In this document: positions 57,729-64,000 of the stretch, piece after piece | Position numbering within the stretch: position 1 is the first letter of the stretch | Layout: each line of letters begins with the position of its first letter | Source: Leptospiraceae bacterium | GTDB taxonomy: Bacteria; Spirochaetota; Leptospiria; Leptospirales; Leptonemataceae | NCBI GenBank assembly: GCA_040217195.1 | Contig: JAVJNR010000008.1 | Span: forward strand, 1 to 64,000 | DNA length: 64,000 nt | Reading direction: 5' to 3' | The notes under the pieces: generated by a model | The model's input: only the letters and a program-made list of their open reading frames with translations | Database searches by the model: none | Told to the model about the DNA's origin: nothing | Program-made: the position numbers and the translations under genes

Positions 57729-59894
57729 TCAAGCGCTGAGCGAAGCTTCCTTGTTACGAAGCAATTCTTTCATCTTGCGTCCGGTGGGATGATCTGGTTT
57801 TTGCTGATTGGCTCGAGCCAGTAAAGTTCGGGAGCGTTCAAGATTTCCCAGTAGATAGTGAACGTTGGATAGATGAATTGTATTTGGAAAGAAATCCGGA
57901 TTTCGCAGAAAAAGTCTTTCGCCCAGGTCAGCACTTTCGCGTACTCTGCCCAGCATTTTGGCACAGAAGGTAGAGACCCTCAAAGCATCGGATAGAGAAG
58001 GATCCAGTTGCAACGCTTCCAGAGAATGGCGATAGGCTTCATGATAACTCTGTAACTGGTAAGCCTCCAGAGATTGTTTGTGCAATTCTCTGGCCAGTTT
58101 TGATAGATTGGGAACGGAGTGTGCCAGACATTTTAGATGCAAAACCGACAGGTCATCGGTTAATTCACCTCTGGCAAGCAATGCCTCCATCAGGTCAGTT
58201 GGGTCTCCGTCCACTTCTTCTACGATTCGAAGAAATAGATTCTCATCTTCGTTCATGTATGAAGAACCGGCGGAATCCGGAAGCATTATATCGTCTCTGC
58301 CATCGGAGCCCATAATCAAACAATCGCCGGGGCATAGAGCCTGGATTGTAATTACTATATCGCTTTGCTGACTCTGGAATCCTAGCTTGCGATAATGGTA
58401 GGGATCCGGAAGAAATCGAGCTTTTCCCTTCCTGTATAGAACTGGAAGCGGATGTTCTGCGATGATGTAATAAAGAGTGCCAGAAGATTCATCAACCAGG
58501 GCGAGGTTCACCGACATTAGCATGGAGCTGTCGAAGGAATGAAAAACGTCGTTTAATTCCAGGAAGGCATGCTTGAGCCATCTTTCAGGACTGTATTTCT
58601 GGAGTACCGGGTTCTTTCTAGTTCGCTTGATTATGGAGGTAAATACAGAACCGCAAACCAGTGCTCCGCCTGCACCCTGCATGGACTTTCCCATTGCATC
58701 TGCATTGAACAATGCAACATGAGGCCGATTCTGCAGAGTCAAACTATGGGCTGTGGCCAGGTCGCCACCAAGTTCCTCCTTCCAGTGGCGAAAGGAAAAG
58801 GTCTTTTTCTGATGCGCAATGCATTCAATTTTATGATTCTCAGAGTGAAAGTCAGGCTGATTCAGTGGCCTAATAAGCAATGATGTGAGAAAATAGTCCC
58901 CGTCCTGTTGCTTCTTAAGAGACTGGATCCGTTTTAGAGCCTGACGTCTCTGTGCTTCACTGGAAATGCTTCTGGCCATGAGCTCCAGAATTTCCTGGTG
59001 AAATAGCTCGAATGGAGCTCCCCCCGGTTGTCTGGAAAAAAATGCGATTACCGCGGGAGTGTCTTCCTTCAGGGAGACGGGACTGCCTACCCAGAATGTA
59101 AATCCAGCATCTTGCATCTGATCGGCATTGAAGGTTACGGTACTATTCCTACTGATTACCTCTTCCATTTCTTTGCTGAATTCTGTGGAATCATCCAGCA
59201 CTTCTGTCTTTTGAATTATTTCGACAGACTCTTTATCCTTTTGCAGAAGGATGCCGCCATCCATTTCAAAAATTCTACATCCAGTCTGCAGATAATCCTG
59301 GAACAGAGCTTCAAGAGAAGAATAATCCGTAACGTTAAGTCGATGGATTTCCTTTAAACTTGTAGAGAAATGATCTATCTCTTCGGTGGCCTGAAGAATA
59401 AGCTCCTCTGCCTGTTTTCGCTCCATTTCCTCTGCGATTCGAGGAGCGATAAGAGATAGTATACCGGCTATTGTTTCTTTGTTTACCAGTGGTCGATCAA
59501 AGAACACAAGAATTGCTCCAGCGCATTGTCCATAAGGATCTATTAACGGAGCGGTAATGGCACTCTTATGATCGCTCAATGGTGCCACGGCTCCCCGCAG
59601 CTGTCCTTCCGTGAGTGTACCGGATTTCCCTTCCAGAAGTGCTTCAAAGACTCCTTCAAGCTGGATTTTCTCCGGCAAGGATTCCAGGGGATTGCCAGCT
59701 CGAACCTGCAATTCCGTGGCGCCCGGAGCCAGTTCCCCGATTATTACAGATTTGGCCTCCAGTTGCTCGCGCAGCGCTGTAGTTACGAAGCTGGAGAATT
59801 CCTCACCGGGTGGTGGATTGAGAAGTTTTCCCAGAGCATCGAGCAATTGGTGTTGGTCAAGAGCCTGCACCTCAATCCTGCTATGGCATTGCAT
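57729..59894 (-). CDS. SpoIIE/PP2C phosphatase with two N-terminal GAF-like domains and C-terminal TPRs
   Basis: GGD, DAMGK, SDG.DD and TDDLS metal motifs; GAF-like APL....G.I and GSPV...A.IAF segments; TPR-like helices ending PDHP. Confidence 0.88.
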   Translation of the reverse strand: MQCHSRIEVQALDQHQLLDALGKLLNPPPGEEFSSFVTTALREQLEAKSVIIGELAPGATELQVRAGNPLESLPEKIQLEGVFEALLEGKSGTLTEGQLRGAVAPLSDHKSAITAPLIDPYGQCAGAILVFFDRPLVNKETIAGILSLIAPRIAEEMERKQAEELILQATEEIDHFSTSLKEIHRLNVTDYSSLEALFQDYLQTGCRIFEMDGGILLQKDKESVEIIQKTEVLDDSTEFSKEMEEVISRNSTVTFNADQMQDAGFTFWVGSPVSLKEDTPAVIAFFSRQPGGAPFELFHQEILELMARSISSEAQRRQALKRIQSLKKQQDGDYFLTSLLIRPLNQPDFHSENHKIECIAHQKKTFSFRHWKEELGGDLATAHSLTLQNRPHVALFNADAMGKSMQGAGGALVCGSVFTSIIKRTRKNPVLQKYSPERWLKHAFLELNDVFHSFDSSMLMSVNLALVDESSGTLYYIIAEHPLPVLYRKGKARFLPDPYHYRKLGFQSQQSDIVITIQALCPGDCLIMGSDGRDDIMLPDSAGSSYMNEDENLFLRIVEEVDGDPTDLMEALLARGELTDDLSVLHLKCLAHSVPNLSKLARELHKQSLEAYQLQSYHEAYRHSLEALQLDPSLSDALRVSTFCAKMLGRVRESADLGERLFLRNPDFFPNTIHLSNVHYLLGNLERSRTLLARANQQKPDHPTGRKMKELLRNKEASLSA

Positions 59895-61140
59895 TCATGC
59901 GCTTCACGTCCGCAGTTGCCAGTTCCTTTCCCATGGTTCTGCACGAAGTCTGTTGCGCCTGAAAACTCTGATCGCTTTGAAATAGCTCCTGGTAGTAATC
60001 TTCGGTGAGCTCCGGTTTTGCGCAGATATCGCCATGGTAGAGCAGGTTCATGACTCCTGCTGAGCCACCGGTGAACAAATAGCTTCTGGGATGTGCAGAG
60101 AGAGCAAATGTGCGAAGGTAATGGTTGGACTCATAGTCACCTTCCACATTCATCTGCAGGCTTTCATTCGGATTGAGCTGCGAAATAGACCAGTAGCCCC
60201 ATCCAAAAGCATTGGCCACTGCCACAATGCCGCTAGCCCAGTCCTCTCTGGTCTTGCATTGAGGTTCAATCATACCGTACCATTCATCCGACAGCATGAT
60301 ACCACCGAATGTGTTAAAGGCACAAACATGGCCTGCTTCCACAAATAGGTCCCGGGCCAGGTCCGGTTCTCCGGTGGCTTCGGTAATCTGCTTCGTGGTT
60401 TCATAGCTAATGTAATTGTAATAATTGGCAAAATGTCGGGTCAGAATAACTCCGAAAGCCGGGATCAGTCCATCGCTTCCACCTTCCAGGGGAATGCCAC
60501 GTACGGCGCTGGTAATACCGGCCTCATCCACGTTGGTGCTGATTCTTCCTGGCTGATTGGATGTCTGAATTGTTACTCCGGTTCCTGGAGAGATGGGAAT
60601 TACCGGACAATCGGGATTAACATCGATCTGGAATTCATTTTCATTATCGCCCATGCTAAGGCATTTACTTTGATGCACGATAAAGTGGCCTGGAGCTTTG
60701 TAGTAAGCGGCTGCCATGGCTGCCTGGATGAATCCACAGGTGAAATAATCCACAGGCTTATCTCGTTTCCCCCATTTCTCTTTCCATCCATGACTGTAAT
60801 GGGTGAGTGGCGATTGAACGGTACCTCCATTTTCGCTTACCGAATCGAATCCGAGGAGGCCAAAGCCCAGTTGCGTGTAAATACCTTCCGCTGCTTTTAA
60901 GCGATCCACCGGATTTCGGAGTTCTGCATGATTGCGAAACAATACATGCAGCATGGAATGTACCGCCACAACTCCGCCTACCCGCAGAATTGTTTCTACA
61001 TCAACATATTCGGATACATCCTCAATTGTTCGCTGCAGAAAAAGATTATAATGATTACAATGAAAGATCAATGGTTCGCCGCCGCTTACTGCCAAACCTT
61101 CTGCTTCCAGTGTTTTTACTCTGGCCTTGAATTTCTTCAT
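59881..61140 (-). CDS. Tandem V4R-like domain protein
   Basis: Internal duplication: HCNHYN/HFANYYN, LGFGLL/FGWGYW, KCLSMG/SCRTMG. Resembles the V4R small-molecule-binding fold. Confidence 0.75.
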   Translation of the reverse strand: MKKFKARVKTLEAEGLAVSGGEPLIFHCNHYNLFLQRTIEDVSEYVDVETILRVGGVVAVHSMLHVLFRNHAELRNPVDRLKAAEGIYTQLGFGLLGFDSVSENGGTVQSPLTHYSHGWKEKWGKRDKPVDYFTCGFIQAAMAAAYYKAPGHFIVHQSKCLSMGDNENEFQIDVNPDCPVIPISPGTGVTIQTSNQPGRISTNVDEAGITSAVRGIPLEGGSDGLIPAFGVILTRHFANYYNYISYETTKQITEATGEPDLARDLFVEAGHVCAFNTFGGIMLSDEWYGMIEPQCKTREDWASGIVAVANAFGWGYWSISQLNPNESLQMNVEGDYESNHYLRTFALSAHPRSYLFTGGSAGVMNLLYHGDICAKPELTEDYYQELFQSDQSFQAQQTSCRTMGKELATADVKRMNAMP

Positions 61141-61367
61141 CTCTGGGCTTCCTCCCCGTTCTTCTCCTGGATTTGTAGCTCTCTACCCAGCACCTGATGG
61201 GCTGCCTGAAGTATTCTTTTTTCCAGTTCCGGATTCTCAGGCGTATTTGGAGTAATTCGGGACAGGTTTACCCCCGCTTTTAGTCCAATCCTGGCTACCA
61301 GCAATCTGGCCTGAACTCCACTGGATTCTGCTACAATGGCATCCACAATGTTCTTCAATCTGCTCAT
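61137..61367 (-). CDS. Small helical protein (76 aa)
   Basis: 4-nt overlaps at both ends; RBS GGGAGG. Confidence 0.75.
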   Translation of the reverse strand: MSRLKNIVDAIVAESSGVQARLLVARIGLKAGVNLSRITPNTPENPELEKRILQAAHQVLGRELQIQEKNGEEAQR

Positions 61368-61729
61368 AGAGCCTCCCTGTTCCGTCTCTCCTCTAAATAC
61401 ATCATTCCCAGGCTGTACTCCTCCTGAAAGTCCGGAATCAAGGCCGCCAGATCTTCCAGTGCTCTTTCTCTGAAAATAAGTGAGAACTGCAGGGTAATAT
61501 GGTTTTTCTCAGGTATGCCGGTAACGGTAACCCAACGTCCTAGTTTCCCTCTAAAGAATCCTGTGGAGCCAGTTTCATGCACATGTAACTCAAGAAGCAA
61601 TTCCCGTAACAATGCCAGCGGAGGCAGTTCCTGGAATTCCAATCGAATCTTTACACCTCTTTGCGCGCAGGCATGCAACAGACAGAAATCCTGTATGGAG
61701 GGAAAGGTAAGTTGTCCGGTCTCTTTCAT
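61364..61729 (-). CDS. Hypothetical 121-aa protein, possibly Roadblock/LC7-like fold
   Basis: Stop overlaps the next start; apparent beta-beta-alpha-beta-beta-beta-alpha pattern. Confidence 0.6.
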   Translation of the reverse strand: MKETGQLTFPSIQDFCLLHACAQRGVKIRLEFQELPPLALLRELLLELHVHETGSTGFFRGKLGRWVTVTGIPEKNHITLQFSLIFRERALEDLAALIPDFQEEYSLGMMYLEERRNREAL

Positions 61730-61731
61730 CC

Positions 61732-61866
61732 CTATTTGTTTTGCTGATTAAGGATGTCCGTTATGATTTCAAAGCTATCGTCGATATCCTTTTTTAGACG
61801 ATGTTTGAGATCTTCAAATACCTGTATGAGCTGTGCTGTAATTTCTTTCTCTTCCTGGTTTTCCAT
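61732..61866 (-). CDS. Small 44-aa amphipathic helical protein (below the ORF-track cut-off)
   Basis: MENQEEKEITAQLIQVFEDLKHRLKKDIDDSFEIITDILNQQNK; stop lies 2 nt before the next ATG; TTGACC at 61939-61934 upstream. Confidence 0.55.
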   Translation of the reverse strand: MENQEEKEITAQLIQVFEDLKHRLKKDIDDSFEIITDILNQQNK

Positions 61867-62243
61867 TTCTGACGCCTGTTCTATATATTTCGCATGAGGA
61901 GCAGGATCAAGATCCTGAACCTAAAAAGCTATGGGTCAAGAAAAAACCCGAGAATACCCTGGAAACCGGAGCAATTTCTCCTGTTAGGCGGATTTCTCAT
62001 CAGGCGGTAATGTCAGAAGGTTAGAGTTAAGTGCGTATCAGCGTTGGGTGGGTCAGGAATGATCGGAGGTGCCTGTTGTTTCTAGCACAAGTTAACAATC
62101 GCTACACAGATTTCATTGAACATACGGCAATTGTTAATGCTCTTCAGAAGGAAGGTCTTTTAATGCTCCAGATGGATTCATTCTGGTGCGCGCTCTGTAT
62201 CAGGGATTCGCAATGACAATCTTTCACTTGTTGAAATATGAAT

Positions 62244-63599
62244 TTACTGGTTGCGGCCCAGGCGAATATAATTTCTAGTGTGAATCCCCACTGAACGAAA
62301 TAACGGTAGCAACTTCTGGCTCAGAGCTTCTGCTTTTCCGTTCTTTTTCAGCTGCTCGAACATGTCTTCTTCAGGTTCTACGCCTTCATATGTATACTCA
62401 GGATCATGAGCCACTGTCTCGGGCAGGGCCTCTTCCAGAAGACTATCCAGGTCCGATGCTGCGGATGCAGATTCCCCTGCTATTATGCTTCGAATGTAGC
62501 CAGGCTCTTTGTAGTCGTATTCTGCGTCATGGGAGTCATCGGCCAGTGCCTGGAAAGCAGGCCTGGTTTCAGCTCCGTTTCTATAATCATGCAACATCAG
62601 ATTTCTCTGAAAATTTTCCAGAGCAAGGTGACGATTGGTTAGTAATTGCACTGCATTGCTCTGGGGACCGCTCATGCCCACTGTATTGAGCAGGTTGATC
62701 CAGATCATTCCGGCCGATGAGCGAGATGGCATAACTGTGGCATGATAGGGCTGAGTAAGATCCTGGACGTAATGCAATCCCCATCCCAGGAATCGGTAGC
62801 CCCAGTAATCATGACCTGTTTTGAAAGCGAATTGTGCAAGTCTCAAGTATTGCAGGGCCCGGTACTGGGCAAAGGTCCGTTTCAGGAACCCCGCCAGAGC
62901 ATAGATCATCGCCGATTCGTGATAGAAACCCATATGAAAGGGGGCCTGACTGGAATATTCCAGTGACGGATTCCCGAATGGCTGAATTCCAAAACCGTAA
63001 TTCTCTGCCTCCGGTCCTTCATTATCCTCGAACAGTGCAATATCGTGGCCGTAATCCGGTTCATCGCTGGCAGATACCAGTACATCCCGGGCAGAAATGG
63101 CCGTGCCCGGTGCGGTTTCGCAGAAAGGGACACCTTTCAGATAATCCACTTCCTGTAAGAAGGTAATCTGCCTGTACGGAACACTTTTACAGCTTGCTGG
63201 AACATGGCCGGGCACATACTGGGCATAGTTCAGTAGCCGAGTTTTTTGATTGATTCGGATAGCCTTCAAGAAGGCAAGACGGATGTCCTGCGCTGCAGGA
63301 TCAAATGTCAGTGCGGATGGCATACCAGGGTAGGAAGGTATACTCTTGAATTCTTCTTCCATTGCTATAAGTGCCTGTTGCAGGCCCGGCCCTTCGGCGC
63401 GAAGAAAGCTTTCGAGAGACTCCACCTGCACTTTTCTGGATAGCGATGGCATGGAATCCGTGGCTGCATAGGTAAGTAACGTATGCTCCCACCAGGCAAG
63501 AGCTGGGGCAGGAGAAATTATGGCAATCAGGATGGGAACCAGACAGATTGCGCGAACGCTCCATTTAAAATTGGGCCAGGTAGATTTTGATTCTGTCAT
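62244..63599 (-). CDS. Secreted Zn-dependent phospholipase C / P1-nuclease-fold protein
   Basis: Signal peptide ending ALA then W(W)EH; DEPD, FHMG, LHYVQDLTQPYH and H..LE Zn ligands. Confidence 0.8.
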   Translation of the reverse strand: MTESKSTWPNFKWSVRAICLVPILIAIISPAPALAWWEHTLLTYAATDSMPSLSRKVQVESLESFLRAEGPGLQQALIAMEEEFKSIPSYPGMPSALTFDPAAQDIRLAFLKAIRINQKTRLLNYAQYVPGHVPASCKSVPYRQITFLQEVDYLKGVPFCETAPGTAISARDVLVSASDEPDYGHDIALFEDNEGPEAENYGFGIQPFGNPSLEYSSQAPFHMGFYHESAMIYALAGFLKRTFAQYRALQYLRLAQFAFKTGHDYWGYRFLGWGLHYVQDLTQPYHATVMPSRSSAGMIWINLLNTVGMSGPQSNAVQLLTNRHLALENFQRNLMLHDYRNGAETRPAFQALADDSHDAEYDYKEPGYIRSIIAGESASAASDLDSLLEEALPETVAHDPEYTYEGVEPEEDMFEQLKKNGKAEALSQKLLPLFRSVGIHTRNYIRLGRNQ

Positions 63600-63705
63600 T
63601 TTGCTGTTCCGGAGATTTATTTACATCCACAGCGCTGCGTAACGGGAATGAAAACGGGCTGAATTGCTTTTTCAATGTGGATGATTTAGTTCTTTAGAGT
63701 CCAGT

Positions 63706-63999
63706 CTATACCGGTGGCAACCCGGCCGCCCGACGCCAGGCGCTTAGCTGCCCCAGATGAATCCCCTGGTGGGCCAGCATAATGTAGCCCAGAGCCATCC
63801 CGGAGATGGGCATACTTTCCTGCCATCGCTGGAGCCGCACAGGCTGTTTCAGAGCTTCTTCGCCCAGGGTTTGCAATAGTCTTGCGGCCCCTTCATTACC
63901 TTCTTTGAACTCAGAAGCCAATTCCTTTCTTCCTGCATAGAGGGAAGGATTCGTTTCCGGTTTGGATTTCATACCAAATGTATGATCCCTGGGATCCGG
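63706..63999 (-). CDS. DinB/YfiT family protein, 5'-truncated by window edge
   Basis: Frame is open to the window end (PDPRDHTFGMKSKP); C-terminal HQGIHLGQLSAWRR motif. Confidence 0.8.
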   Translation of the reverse strand, partial: PDPRDHTFGMKSKPETNPSLYAGRKELASEFKEGNEGAARLLQTLGEEALKQPVRLQRWQESMPISGMALGYIMLAHQGIHLGQLSAWRRAAGLPPV

Positions 64000-64000
64000 A

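Noticed and set aside
47456..64000. Possible genomic island integrated at tRNA-Glu
   Set aside because: Gene content turns accessory, but I found no integrase, transposase or duplicated tRNA 3' end in the window.

Overview
Bacterial chromosomal window of about 48-50% GC (estimated by eye). Gene content and protein style point to a spirochaete of the family Leptospiraceae (Leptonema/Leptospira-like); this is an inference. About 55 protein genes and 9 tRNAs are present. No rRNA, CRISPR array, integrase or transposase was recognised. The first ~47 kb is mostly housekeeping: sucA, a tRNA cluster followed by tig-clpP-clpX, tatAC, trxA, ribBA, clpS, guaA, speE, mdh, thrB, cheW. After tRNA-Glu (47.5 kb on) the content is accessory lipid-metabolism and signalling genes. 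Best leads: (1) a five-gene, tightly coupled signalling operon at 57.7-61.9 kb encoding an unannotated 44-aa helix, a Roadblock-like protein, a 76-aa protein, a tandem V4R protein and a GAF-GAF-PP2C-TPR phosphatase; (2) a double-AAA+/VWA-like gene with an A10 run exactly at the AAA/C-terminal junction and stops close by in both shifted frames, resembling chlD-type programmed slippage; (3) the clpP of the tig-clpP-clpX locus has lost its catalytic Ser and Asp (ClpR-like); (4) a hypothetical protein with cryptic kinase-fold motifs; (5) a ~190-nt imperfect inverted repeat between tandem secreted lipase-like paralogs; (6) a lipoprotein followed by a DUF4105/Lnb-like outer-membrane enzyme. All family assignments come from motif recognition by eye, not from database searches.
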